DNA of 64,000 bases, from NCBI GenBank assembly GCA_963764165.1, contig CAVXRD010000002.1, positions 2,304,001 to 2,368,000 on the forward strand, given 5' to 3'. The stretch is from an uncultured Verrucomicrobiae bacterium. Its GTDB lineage: Bacteria; Verrucomicrobiota; Verrucomicrobiia; Limisphaerales; Palsa-1400. Positions 31,582-41,571 of this stretch are shown in pieces; position 1 is the stretch's first letter, and every line of letters starts with the position of its first letter. The position numbers and the translations under genes are program-made. The notes beneath the pieces were generated by a model. That model was not told where the DNA came from, ran no database searches, and saw only the letters and a program-made list of their open reading frames with translations.

Positions 31582-34215
31582 ATGCAAAATTCAGTTTCTG
31601 CGTGGAGGGCGGGGATTGCCTTGATTTTGATGACTGCCGCGGCGCGGGGCGCGGTGGACGTCTTGACTTATCACAATGACAATGGCCGCACAGGGCAAAA
31701 TCTCAGTGAAACAATTTTGACCCCGGCGAATGTCAATGCGGGTTCGTTTGGGAAGCTGTTCACCTACCCGGTGGACGGCGATGTTTACGCGCAGCCATTA
31801 TATGTCTCCTCCCTCAATGTTCCCGGCCTCGGAGTCCACAATGCGGTTATTGTCGCCACCGAGAACAACAGCGTCTACGCCTTCAATGCGGACTCGGACT
31901 CAGGCACACGGGGCGGATTGTTGTGGCATGCCAATCTGGGAACCGCCGCGCGAACACCAACGCCCGATTTTGGAAATCGTTACGGTGGTTTCACCCAGAT
32001 AACACCGCAGGTGGGCATTACAGGCACTCCAGTCATCGACCTCGCCACCATGACGCTCTATGTGGATACCTTTGAACATACAGCCTCCAATTACATACAT
32101 CGCATGCACGCGCTCAATATCGAAACCGGGAAAGAGCGATCCTACAGCCCAGTCATTGTATCCGCGGCGATTCGGGGCGCGGGAGTTGGCGGTTCCAATG
32201 GGATGGTGAGATTCGAGGCCATGCAGCAGTTGCAGCGCGCGGCGCTGACGTTGTCGGACGGAATTGTTTATGTTCCTTATTGCGGATACGCGGACAGCGA
32301 TCCGTATCACGGCTGGATTCTCGGCTACAATGCCAGCAACCTGAAGCTAACCACCAATAATATCTTCAACACGACACCCAATAGCGTCAACACAGATACC
32401 AACGGCGATGCCGGGGAAGCGGGCATATGGATGGGCGGATGCGGGCTGGCGGTGGATGCTTCCGGAGATTTGTATTTCGCCACGGGCAATGGAAGTTTCG
32501 ATGCCTACAACGGCACCAACGGAACCGAATATGGCGATAGCTTTATAAAGCTATCCACCGCGCATCATTTGCAGGTGGCGGACTATTTCACGCCTTATAA
32601 TCAGGCTTACATGGCCGATAATGATTTGGACATCGGTTCAGGCGGAATACTTCTGCTGCCCAATCAGCCAGGCCAAACTCCCCATCTGATGCTGGCCGGC
32701 GGGAAGCTGGGAACGATGTATCTGCTCAATCGCGATGCTTTTACCGAAGGCAACAATCATTATAACGCAGGCGGCACCTCGGACGCCGTATTGCAAACGG
32801 TAGCCATGAACGGCGGGCATTTCGACACGCCGGCCTATTTTAATGGCTCAGTCTATGTAACGGCGGCCAATGACTCGCTTTCTTCCTTCGCGGTTGCGGA
32901 CGGAATGCTCAACTTGCCCGCGACGTCGGTGGCGAATCGCATCCTGCCGTTCCCCGGGGCGACCCCGAGCGTCTCGGCTTATGGTGGAATGGATGGCATC
33001 ATTTGGATTATTCAATACGGAAATCCGGCCACGCTGGTGGCGGACGCGGCCACCAATGTCTCCGCTGAACTCTATAACAGTGACGAAGCTGGTTCGCGTG
33101 ATCAGCTTGGAGAGGGAACGAAATTTGCCGTGCCCACTGTTGCCAATGGAAAAGTGTATGTCGGAGGCCGCGGAACTCTTTCTGTGTTTGGCTTGCTGGG
33201 CACGGTGTCCACAAACTATCCGCCTTCAGGAACCTACAACGGGCTGTTCTATAGCACGAATGCGGTGGAAATCGGGCAATCAGGATACCTGTCCGTTGTT
33301 GTGAATACAAAAGCGGACTACTCGGGGCGTATGACTTTGGGCTCGAAGGTCTACTCGTTCTCCGGAAAATTCGATGCATCTGGCGCCGCTTACAACGCGG
33401 TGAACGTCGCGGGCCAGGATCCGGTGCAAATACAGCTCCAATTCACGGCCAATAACCCCGAACAACTGGCGGGCACGGTGGGCAATGATGTGTGGACGGC
33501 GCAAGCCCTCGCGGCCGAATCAACCTACAACACCCGCACAAATCCGTGCCGCTACGCGGGCCGCTACAATGTGGTTATCCATGGTCCCGGAAACGGCAAC
33601 GCGCTGGAGCCGCAGGGCGACGGCTACGGAATCGTAACCATCGGCGGCGCCGGCGGACTGGTCTTTGAGGGAACGCTGGCCGATGGCACTCCTGTCAGCC
33701 AGACCACCACCATTTCTGACGCCGGGCAATGGGCGCTTTATTCGTCCATGTACACCGGACAGGGCGAACTCATCGGCTGGCTCAGTTTCACGAACGCCAG
33801 CGCCTCCGGGTTGTCGGGTAAACTTGTCTGGACAAAATCGCCCATTCCGAAAGCCTCTGCCTATAAAGAGGGTTTCTCGCAAAGCGCCGCACTTGAGGGA
33901 TCGCCGTTTAAAGCCGGCACAACAAAATCGCCGCTCTTAACATTTGGCTTTGGGCAATTGGTTTTGAGCGGAGCCGGCCTCGCGGAGAATGCGACCAACG
34001 ACTTTTCAGTGGCCGCAAGCGAACGGATCGAGGCGGCAAAAGGGATCACCATTAATTTTGCCCTCTCATCGGGCGTGTTTCGAGGTTCCGTTCCGAATCC
34101 CGCTGGTGGACATGATTTAAGCTTTATTGGGATATTTTTGCCCGACCAGGATTGCGGTTATGGATATTTCCTGAACAATGGATTGAGCGGCGAAGTCTAC
34201 TTCGGCCCGCAGTAA
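31582..34215 (+). CDS. Secreted PQQ-like beta-propeller protein with C-terminal beta-rich domain
   Basis: Signal peptide; DVLTYHNDNGRTGQN, VDGDVYAQPLYV, GITGTPVID, KFAVPTVANGKVYVG; C-terminal GTYNGLF.. domain. Confidence 0.85.
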   Translation: MQNSVSAWRAGIALILMTAAARGAVDVLTYHNDNGRTGQNLSETILTPANVNAGSFGKLFTYPVDGDVYAQPLYVSSLNVPGLGVHNAVIVATENNSVYAFNADSDSGTRGGLLWHANLGTAARTPTPDFGNRYGGFTQITPQVGITGTPVIDLATMTLYVDTFEHTASNYIHRMHALNIETGKERSYSPVIVSAAIRGAGVGGSNGMVRFEAMQQLQRAALTLSDGIVYVPYCGYADSDPYHGWILGYNASNLKLTTNNIFNTTPNSVNTDTNGDAGEAGIWMGGCGLAVDASGDLYFATGNGSFDAYNGTNGTEYGDSFIKLSTAHHLQVADYFTPYNQAYMADNDLDIGSGGILLLPNQPGQTPHLMLAGGKLGTMYLLNRDAFTEGNNHYNAGGTSDAVLQTVAMNGGHFDTPAYFNGSVYVTAANDSLSSFAVADGMLNLPATSVANRILPFPGATPSVSAYGGMDGIIWIIQYGNPATLVADAATNVSAELYNSDEAGSRDQLGEGTKFAVPTVANGKVYVGGRGTLSVFGLLGTVSTNYPPSGTYNGLFYSTNAVEIGQSGYLSVVVNTKADYSGRMTLGSKVYSFSGKFDASGAAYNAVNVAGQDPVQIQLQFTANNPEQLAGTVGNDVWTAQALAAESTYNTRTNPCRYAGRYNVVIHGPGNGNALEPQGDGYGIVTIGGAGGLVFEGTLADGTPVSQTTTISDAGQWALYSSMYTGQGELIGWLSFTNASASGLSGKLVWTKSPIPKASAYKEGFSQSAALEGSPFKAGTTKSPLLTFGFGQLVLSGAGLAENATNDFSVAASERIEAAKGITINFALSSGVFRGSVPNPAGGHDLSFIGIFLPDQDCGYGYFLNNGLSGEVYFGPQ

Positions 34216-34401
34216 ATGCCCAGTGTTTTTCCGCTTGAAGTCACAACGCAAGCGCCATTCGTTCCATGACCCCTTTCATCGTCTCGGCTTAATCCGAGGC
34301 GACCCTGTTCACGCATCAAGATGAAAACAATTCAAAACGATTAGTGCGCGGGCCGATACCGCGCCACGCGACCCCCCAGGGCAGACGCATCTAAATTCCG
34401 A

Positions 34402-34502
34402 GGTGGGGACGCCTCGCCGAGGCGTCCGGTTGCGCGCGAAAATGCTTTTGGCGTTGTCCGCGAATAATGCCTCACCCGGACGCCTCGGCGAGGCGCCCTA
34501 CC
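34402..34502. repeat. REP doublet (ggtagggacgcctcgccgaggcgtccg family)
   Basis: ggtggggacgcctcgccgaggcgtccgg / ccggacgcctcggcgaggcgccctacc; same arms as 49476-49631 and 51944-52099. Confidence 0.9.
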
Positions 34503-34622
34503 AATCAACGAGCTGGGCGCTCGTTGATTTTCAATAGATTACAAGAATTAAGATGCGTCTGCCCTGCGCGAGTCCCGCATGGGAACTTGCCTTCGCCATT
34601 TACCCGCCTTATGCTTCGGTTC

Positions 34623-34844
34623 ATGGCAACGATATCAGAAGTTGAAAAGCTGGCGTTGGATTTGCCGGAAAGCGACCGAGCCGTTCTGGCGGCCCATTTG
34701 CTCGAATCGCTGCCGCCAGTCCTTCGCGATGAGGACGAAGGCGTCGCTGAGGCACTTCGCCGCGATGCCGATTTGGACAAAAATCCGTCGTTGGGTATTT
34801 CGCTGGAGCAGCTTGACAAACTTATGGGGCGTGGCTGCGGCTGA
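34623..34844 (+). CDS. Addiction module antitoxin (TIGR02574-like)
   Basis: ALDLPESDRAVLAAHLLESL...AEALRR; overlaps toxin start. Confidence 0.85.
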   Translation: MATISEVEKLALDLPESDRAVLAAHLLESLPPVLRDEDEGVAEALRRDADLDKNPSLGISLEQLDKLMGRGCG

Positions 34845-35137
34845 TGCGGTTGATTCTTCACCGTGCCGTTCATTCGGACATAAATCAGATCGTGGCGTAT
34901 TACGTGCAAGCGGGGAATCAGGAGCTTGCGGCTGAATTCTACGACGAGTTGCGCCAATTAATGCTCGAAGCATCCGAGAGGCCGGAGAGTTTTTCAATTC
35001 GAGAGCGTAAGCTGCGCCGCGCGAATCTGCGTCGGTTTCCGTATCATTTTCTATTCCGTGTCGTCGGTGATTCGGTCAAAGTTCTCGTTGTGCGTCATCA
35101 TTCCCGGCATCCGGCTTTGGGGCGTGGGCGCCGCTGA
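34844..35137 (+). CDS. RelE/ParE family toxin
   Basis: MRLILH..V.SD...YY...LAAEFYDE...RRANLRRFPYHFLFR...VLVVRHHSRHP. Confidence 0.88.
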   Translation: MRLILHRAVHSDINQIVAYYVQAGNQELAAEFYDELRQLMLEASERPESFSIRERKLRRANLRRFPYHFLFRVVGDSVKVLVVRHHSRHPALGRGRR

Positions 35138-35215
35138 TGGTGGACCGTCGTTGAGTTTGAACTGTCCAGCCTTTTTTCCGCTTGAAGTCAAGACGAGGGC
35201 AGTTAGGTTGTGTGA

Positions 35216-35503
35216 GTGGCGGAAAAGCGCAAAAGAAAAACGAAGGCTCTCATGCTCGGCGTCGGTTTGGACACCGACGGGCATAAGCGCCTGACCACCG
35301 GCCCCAACTTTGCCCTCGTCGGCGGCACCGCGGAAACTCACGAAGCGATGACCGAAAAGGCCATCCGCATCAACGAAAAGCTGACGGCCAAAGGCAAGAC
35401 GCTCGATAGTGTCAGCCGCGAGGAATTCGACGACATCGCCCAATCCGTCGGGCTCCAGTCCCCCGAAAAACTGAAGGACAAGAATCAGGACGACAAGAAC
35501 TAA
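35216..35503 (+). CDS. Conserved hypothetical protein upstream of uppS
   Basis: 95 aa; LGVGLD.DGHKRLT.G.NF.LVGG..ETHE.M.EKAI; host-like codon usage. Confidence 0.8.
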   Translation: MAEKRKRKTKALMLGVGLDTDGHKRLTTGPNFALVGGTAETHEAMTEKAIRINEKLTAKGKTLDSVSREEFDDIAQSVGLQSPEKLKDKNQDDKN

Positions 35504-35518
35504 GTCGATTCCTCTCAC

Positions 35519-36259
35519 TTGACCTTGAATCCGCGCGGCACATTAAGTCCCCAGGCTCAGGCGGGCATTCCCACTCACGTCGCCGTCATCATGGATGGCA
35601 ATGGCCGCTGGGCCAAACAGCGCCACCTTCCGCGCGTCGAAGGCCATCGCAATGGCGTTGAATCCGTGCGCGCCGTGGTCCGGGCGGCGGGCGAAGTCGG
35701 CATCAAATTCCTGACTCTCTACGCATTCTCAGTGGAAAATTGGAACCGGCCCAAGGACGAGGTCGACACGCTGATGAAATATCTGGCCCGGTTTCTCAAA
35801 GGCGAAATCGGCGAATTGAACCGGAGCAATGTCCGGCTCGAAGCCATTGGCCAGATTTACCGGCTGCCGGAATTTGTGCAGGAGCAGTTGGCCAAAACGA
35901 AAGCGGCGCTCTCGAAGAACAACGGACTGACGCTCATCCTGGCCCTCAGTTACGGCGGACGGACGGAGATGGTTGAGGCTGTTCGCAGCATCGCGCAAAA
36001 GGTCAAGGAAGGGCAATTGGAGCCGGCGGAGATCAACGAGCAATTGGTTTCGCAGCATCTCTACACCGCCCATTTTCCCGATCCCGATTTGCTCATCCGC
36101 ACCAGCGGCGAAATGCGGCTCAGCAATTTCCTTCTCTGGCAAATATCCTACGCTGAATTGGTCGTGACGCCGACGTTGTGGCCGGATTTTCGCAAGCCGC
36201 AATTTTTCGAGGCGCTGGAGGAATTCACGCGGCGGCACCGGCGGTTTGGTCTCGTGTAA
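35519..36259 (+). CDS. uppS: Isoprenyl transferase (undecaprenyl diphosphate synthase)
   Basis: HVAVIMDGNGRWA, YAFSVENWNRP, LSYGGR, DLLIRTSGEMRLSNFLLWQ. Confidence 0.97.
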   Translation: MTLNPRGTLSPQAQAGIPTHVAVIMDGNGRWAKQRHLPRVEGHRNGVESVRAVVRAAGEVGIKFLTLYAFSVENWNRPKDEVDTLMKYLARFLKGEIGELNRSNVRLEAIGQIYRLPEFVQEQLAKTKAALSKNNGLTLILALSYGGRTEMVEAVRSIAQKVKEGQLEPAEINEQLVSQHLYTAHFPDPDLLIRTSGEMRLSNFLLWQISYAELVVTPTLWPDFRKPQFFEALEEFTRRHRRFGLV

Positions 36260-36261
36260 TT

Positions 36262-37191
36262 ATGCCTGCGCCCATTCCGCCCGCCCCAGCATCCGCGCCC
36301 GTTCCGCTCTCGAAGAAGGCGATATTTTTTCGGCGACTGACCAGCACCGTTATTTTATGGACGGTGGTCATTGGCGGATTGTTTTCGGGTCACAAGATTC
36401 TTTCCGATTACGTTTTTCTTGCCATTGTCCTGCTGCTGGCGGTGACGGGGATGATCGAGTTTTACGGCATGGCGGAACGGCTAAAGTATGCCTGCTATCC
36501 GAAGCTGGGATTATGCGGCGGCATCCTGCTGATTCTGTTCACCTTCGCCTGCACTTCCGGCGAAGTCGGCCGGGCGGTGACACCATCGCGGATGAATGAC
36601 CGCGAGACGATATTCATCATTCTCTTCGTGCTGGGATTGTGTGTGCGGCAATTCGTGTCGCGCAAAGTCTCCACCGGAATTCTCGCCATTTCGATCACGC
36701 TGTTTGGGTTGATGTATGTGCCGTGGCTGCTGAACTTCATCCAAAAAATCAATTTCTTCACCCAGGCTGGAGTGGAGGGGCAATATTACGTTTTGTATTT
36801 TGTGCTGGTGACGAAGTTCAGCGATTGCGGCGCGTACTTTGTCGGCTCGCTGATCGGCAAACACAAAATGATCCCGCGCATCAGTCCGGGAAAAACATGG
36901 GAAGGCTTTGGCGGCGCGATTGTGGTTTCGACCGCCGCCAGCGTCATTTACGCTCACCTCGCGGCGAAACATCTCGTGGGCATGAACCTGATGCACTCGA
37001 TCATTCTCGGCGTTATACTGAGCTTGACAGCCGTGATCGGAGATCTAATCGAATCGCTCTTTAAACGCGAAGCGGGACTAAAGGATTCCGGCGCCATTTT
37101 CCCCGGCATCGGCGGCATTCTGGATTTGCTCGACAGCCTCCTTTTCAACGCCCCCATCATGTATCTCTACTTGCGGCATGTTCTTACGTAG
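36262..37191 (+). CDS. cdsA: Phosphatidate cytidylyltransferase
   Basis: SDCGAYFVG, ISPGKTWEG, GDLIESLFKR..KDSG..FPG.GGILD.LDS. Confidence 0.95.
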   Translation: MPAPIPPAPASAPVPLSKKAIFFRRLTSTVILWTVVIGGLFSGHKILSDYVFLAIVLLLAVTGMIEFYGMAERLKYACYPKLGLCGGILLILFTFACTSGEVGRAVTPSRMNDRETIFIILFVLGLCVRQFVSRKVSTGILAISITLFGLMYVPWLLNFIQKINFFTQAGVEGQYYVLYFVLVTKFSDCGAYFVGSLIGKHKMIPRISPGKTWEGFGGAIVVSTAASVIYAHLAAKHLVGMNLMHSIILGVILSLTAVIGDLIESLFKREAGLKDSGAIFPGIGGILDLLDSLLFNAPIMYLYLRHVLT

Positions 37192-37199
37192 AAGATCTC

Positions 37200-37288
37200 G
37201 GTAGGGCGAGGCTGCCGCCGAGCCGCCCTATTATTGCCATACTTCCCATGAAAATGGGAGTGATGGGAATATTGGGAGGAATGGGAAG
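37200..37288. repeat. Single GTAG-REP arm with 9-bp-period atggga repeats
   Basis: ggtagggcgaggctgccgccgagcc then aatgggagt gatgggaat attgggagg aatgggaag. Confidence 0.7.
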
Positions 37289-37342
37289 CCCGAGCGGCAA
37301 TCCAAAATACTTTGTCACCTCGGGATTGGTTTTTCGGACGTA

Positions 37343-39568
37343 ATGAGTAATATGATGACAAACCTCATGATCGCTTCGGAACCCAATGACGCAAGTCTCG
37401 TGGCCGCCTCGCTGCAAGGCAATCGGGAAGCCTTTGGGTCCATCGTCCGCCGTTACCAATCGCTCATTTGCGCGCTGGCTTACAACGCGACCGGCAACCT
37501 CAGCCAGAGCGAAGACTTGGCGCAGGAAACTTTCCTCGCCGCGTGGCGGCAATTGCCGGGCTTGCGCGAGCCCGCCAAATTGCGCCCCTGGCTCTGTCGC
37601 ATCGCGCGCAATCTCAGCTGCGATTTGCTTAAGCGCGAGGGACGCGAGCCCGTGGGCGCGGCCGAGTCGCTGGATTCCGTCGCGGAAAGCCACGCCATCG
37701 AGCCGACTCCAATGGAGCGCACGATGTCGCGCGAGGAGGAAGCGATTTTGTGGCGTTCGATTGAGCAATTGCCAGAAGGCTGCCGCGAACCACTGATTCT
37801 TTTCTATCGCGAGCATCGCTCCATCTCGAGTGTGGCGGAGGCGCTGGACTTGTCCGAGGACGCTGTCAAACAAAGACTTTCCCGCGGGCGCAAACTCCTT
37901 GCCGATCAAGTGATGGCGTTCGTGGAAGGCGCATTGGAACGCACCGGCCCGGGACCGGGATTCGCGGGCAACGTCCTGGTGGCGCTGCCAGCGATGACAT
38001 CGACAGTGACAGGAGGCGCAGCGGTGAAAGCTGGGGGGGCCGGACTGAAAGGCCTTCTCGCTGCGGTGTTCCCGATTTTTCTCGGCAATTACGCAGGCTA
38101 CCGGGCAAGCCTTGCCTTGGCTTCGACTGAACAAGAGCGGTTTTATGTCAGGCAATTCTACCAACGGCTTCTCGCCGCCGTCGTCGGTTATTCCGTCCTC
38201 CTATCCGCGCTGGTTTGGTGGGGATCGTTGGAGGGCCGGCATCACAAACAATTGTTGACATCGCTGGTGGCCGGATTGTCTGTGGCGGGCGCTGGAACGT
38301 TTCTCGGGCTGGGGCTTTGGTCGTTCCGAACTGGCCGCCGCTTCGCGCCCACGCGCGCAACTCCGGTGGCGTGGGAATATCGAAGCGCCACTGCGTTTTT
38401 TGGACTGCCGCTGGTGCACATTCGCGTTGGCGGGGCTATGCGCGGGAAGGATTGCGTGGTTAAAGCATGGATTGCGGCTGGCGGATGCGCTGTTGGCGGG
38501 CTGTTCGCCTTCGGCGGGATGGCGGTTGCTCCGATTTCCATAGGAGGGTGCGCGCTCGGAATTATTTCGTGGGGCGGGACGGGCATCGGGCTGCTGCCTG
38601 TGGGAGGACTCGCAATCGGCGCATGGGCGATCGGGGGATTGGCGTTGGGTTGGACCTCTTTCGGCGGTTGCGCAGTGGCCTGGAAAGCGGCGACGGGCGG
38701 AGTCGCCGCTTCCCACGACGTGATGAGCGGCGACGCGACAACAAATGCGTTTTTCCGTGGCGCGACGTGGTTTGTGAGCCATTCATTGTGGTTGAATCTA
38801 GTCTGGGTGGTGCCAATGGTCGGCTGGTGGGCTTTGGCCTCGCGAGCCAAACGCCGGTTGCTGGCTGTCGCATTTACCACAGCGCTCTTCACGTTGACGG
38901 CCAGTCGCCCAGCCATCGCAGGCGATGCGCCTGCGCCGACAAATTCCATGCCTGACCGCTTCGACAATCTCATCCGCGACGATTTCTTTTCCGGCGACCC
39001 GGAGAAATTCAAGCAGGCGATGAAGCTGTGCGAAGACCGCCTGGCCAAGGACCCGAAATATGCGCCCGCGCTGGCCTGGAAAGGCTCGGGCGACCTGGCG
39101 TTGGCGGGAAAGGCGTTCCAAAGCAATGACATCCCGGAAGGCATGCGCCTTTACGAACAAGGTTTGAAGGAAAGCGATGACGCGGTCGCAATGCGGCCCG
39201 GCGATCTGCAAGTTTTGATCCCGCGCGGATCGACTTATCTCGGGATTGCCAAGTACAACCCGGTTCCGCAAGTGTCGCGCCACCTTTACGAGACCGGCGT
39301 GAACGATTACGAGAAAGTGCTCCAATTGCAGCAGCCGCGCTTTGCCCAAGTCTCACGCCACGCCAAGGGCGAGCTTCTTTCGGGTCTGGCCTATGGATAC
39401 CTCGAGCTTGGCAATCTGGAAAAATCCCGCGCCATCCTCGAACGCATAAAAAAAGAATGCCCCGATTCCGCGTATTCCCGCCGGGCGGAGGAATGGCTCG
39501 CCATCAAGGATGTGGCGATTCTAAAGAAAAAAGGCGATGCCATGTCCTGCATTGGCTGTCACGAATAA
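37343..39568 (+). CDS. ECF RNA polymerase sigma factor with long C-terminal extension (membrane region, TPR-like domain, terminal CxxCH)
   Basis: Region 2 (AFGSIVRRYQ..SEDLAQETF..WLCRIARN) and region 4 (LPE..RE...S...AEAL.LSEDAVKQRLSRGR); TM helices; Gly-rich GGxAxG tract; ends AMSCIGCHE. Confidence 0.88.
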   Translation: MSNMMTNLMIASEPNDASLVAASLQGNREAFGSIVRRYQSLICALAYNATGNLSQSEDLAQETFLAAWRQLPGLREPAKLRPWLCRIARNLSCDLLKREGREPVGAAESLDSVAESHAIEPTPMERTMSREEEAILWRSIEQLPEGCREPLILFYREHRSISSVAEALDLSEDAVKQRLSRGRKLLADQVMAFVEGALERTGPGPGFAGNVLVALPAMTSTVTGGAAVKAGGAGLKGLLAAVFPIFLGNYAGYRASLALASTEQERFYVRQFYQRLLAAVVGYSVLLSALVWWGSLEGRHHKQLLTSLVAGLSVAGAGTFLGLGLWSFRTGRRFAPTRATPVAWEYRSATAFFGLPLVHIRVGGAMRGKDCVVKAWIAAGGCAVGGLFAFGGMAVAPISIGGCALGIISWGGTGIGLLPVGGLAIGAWAIGGLALGWTSFGGCAVAWKAATGGVAASHDVMSGDATTNAFFRGATWFVSHSLWLNLVWVVPMVGWWALASRAKRRLLAVAFTTALFTLTASRPAIAGDAPAPTNSMPDRFDNLIRDDFFSGDPEKFKQAMKLCEDRLAKDPKYAPALAWKGSGDLALAGKAFQSNDIPEGMRLYEQGLKESDDAVAMRPGDLQVLIPRGSTYLGIAKYNPVPQVSRHLYETGVNDYEKVLQLQQPRFAQVSRHAKGELLSGLAYGYLELGNLEKSRAILERIKKECPDSAYSRRAEEWLAIKDVAILKKKGDAMSCIGCHE

Positions 39569-39796
39569 AGATTTCACCGAAAGGTTTCTTCAACGATTTC
39601 GGTGGAGTAGAAGTGCCCAATTTCAAGACTCGAAGGAGCCGAATTATTTAGAAAGGAGCTGTTCGTCACGCGCCCTTGAAATATTCAACTATGCTGGCGA
39701 CCTGTTTCCCGCTGCATGCAGCGGATTAACTTTGTGATTCTGTTCGTCTGACACCTTCCTCAGGAGTGCAGCATTGAGGGTGAAATCCGCCTCGAA

Positions 39797-40078
39797 AAAC
39801 CAAGAGTGCAATAGGGTGCAATACCGTGCAATGCCCCGATCACGATTTCTGTTCCTCTGCGCACTCATCTTCTCTGCGCGAGAATTCTTTTCCCGCTGTG
39901 GTTTCATCGCGGCATGAAACGCAATCGCGCGCAGAGGCGCGGAGAACGCAGAGGTTCCTCGCGGCCTGAAATGAACCGCAAAATATCAAAGAACACGCCT
40001 TGACGGCGACAGGGAGAAAAATAAGCCCAAAAATCTTTTTTGTCAATTATGCTTGCAGTTCCACGTTTCTGTGGTCTT
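39797..40078. repeat. Dispersed non-coding repeat (copy 2) interrupted by another palindromic repeat
   Basis: Matches 25271-25460 with an insert homologous to 31240-31372. Confidence 0.75.
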
Positions 40079-40273
40079 TTCGAAAGCGTATGACAGCCGT
40101 ATCATCGATTGTTCAGCCGGGGCCGGAGGCGAAAACAGCGCCGGCAGCGCCGGGCCAGGAGTGCCGCGGGCCGACCGGCCGCGCCCGCACCAGCAAAATC
40201 GCGCGCCTGCCCGCCGATAAATGCCCGTCAATCCCGTTGGGATTGCTGGGCGGGCTGCAAGCAGTAACACGAC

Positions 40274-40584
40274 GCGGTTTTTACGGTCCCGGCGCGAGTC
40301 GCGGGAATGGCAGTGGATGAAGACGGATTCCCTTTTCCGAAGACAAAAGTGTAAAAAGTGAGGATTGACGCCGGCCTCGTGCTCACCTCGTGCGCACCTT
40401 TTGGTGGCTTCGGCTGGTCAGACTCAGAATCCTTTTTGCGTCTTGGCGACTTTGCGACTTTGCGTTGAAATTCTTGCCGCCGACATGCGGTTCTTACGGC
40501 CCGGGCGCGAGCGGCGGGAATGGCAGCGGATGAAGACTGATTCCCACTTCCACATACAAAAGTGTCAAAAGTGAGGATTGACGC
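40274..40584. repeat. Two ~97-bp direct repeats ending in the RAYT-type end motif
   Basis: 40274-40370 and 40487-40584; partial third copy 41411-41464. Confidence 0.85.
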
Positions 40585-40669
40585 TGGTATGACGCTGTTG
40601 GTCTGTTAAACCCTTTTTTGGGAGTTGATTTGGGCTGAGAAGGTTTGCATCTTGGCACCTGTTGGCGGC

Positions 40670-40855
40670 GTGAAAATTCGGGACATGATACGTCTGATTG
40701 AAGATGATGGCTGGTTCTTGGATCGAACTCGCGGCAGCCATCGGCAATACAAACACCCGGTCAAGCGAGGGCTGGTAACTGTGGCTGGCAAGCCGGGCGA
40801 TGACCTTGCGCCGGGGACAAAAAACAGCATATTAAAACAGGCAGGATTGAAATGA
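40670..40855 (+). CDS. hicA: HicA family toxin
   Basis: LIEDDGW..RTRGSHRQYKHP...G.VTV.....DLAPGT..SILKQAGL; GTG start. Confidence 0.92.
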   Translation: MKIRDMIRLIEDDGWFLDRTRGSHRQYKHPVKRGLVTVAGKPGDDLAPGTKNSILKQAGLK

Positions 40856-41067
40856 GCCGATACTTGATCGTTATTGAGAATACCGTCACGGGCTTCTCAG
40901 CGTATTCACCGGATTTGCCTGGCTGCGCCGCGACGGGCGAGACCCGCGATGTGGTTGAGTCCGAGATGCACGACGCGATTGAATTCCACATCGAGGGCCT
41001 GCGAAGGGCTGGCGAGCCCGTGCCTCAGCCCCGATCTCACGCCGCGTATTGCGACGTGGCAGCTTAA
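40852..41067 (+). CDS. hicB: HicB family antitoxin
   Basis: YLIVIE....FSAYSPDLPGCAATGET..V...M.DAIEFHIEGL...GEPVP.P. Confidence 0.92.
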   Translation: MSRYLIVIENTVTGFSAYSPDLPGCAATGETRDVVESEMHDAIEFHIEGLRRAGEPVPQPRSHAAYCDVAA

Positions 41068-41278
41068 CAGACTCTGTCCGTCAAGGCAGCGAGGAACTTC
41101 CCACCGCCCCAAAAACAGCAAGAAGGGGAATTCCCGAAACCTTTGCGTCCTTGCGTTAAGAATGTCTTTGCTGCGGGGACCGAAGGGAAAACGGAGGGGA
41201 ATTAACGCCATGAGGCCAAGGCCCATGGACGCGGAGATTCTGCCGATTTTTCAGACGCCTCTTCTCAGCGTTGAAATA

Positions 41279-41342
41279 AATATGTAATTATGTTGGGCTG
41301 ACCCCTCGCTCGGACCGGTAGGGCGGCGCTGCGTCGCCGCCC
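41279..41342. repeat. RAYT-type end motif followed by a GTAG-REP arm
   Basis: aatatgtaattatgttgggctgacccc (41279-41305); ggtagggcggcgctgcgtcgccgccc (41317-41342). Confidence 0.6.
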
Positions 41343-41571
41343 CAGTATCGCTTTCCCGCAACAAGCCCGCAGGACACGAAGAAATTTGGCTTTTATCTGA
41401 CGGATGGGCCGGATGAAGACTGATTCCCATTTCCAAATACAAAAGTGTCAAATGTGAGGGTGATGTTAGCACCGATTTGAAAATGCAGATGGATGTGGCT
41501 GGCGGCGCGCAGAGGGGCTGGATTATTGTGTTTCAATAAGTGAAGCGGTCGCATAATAAGGGCTTGATCGC

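Noticed and set aside
37313..37343. Autoregulatory ECF promoter TGTCAC...CGTAA
   Set aside because: Suggestive, but spacing and group consensus cannot be verified from this sequence.
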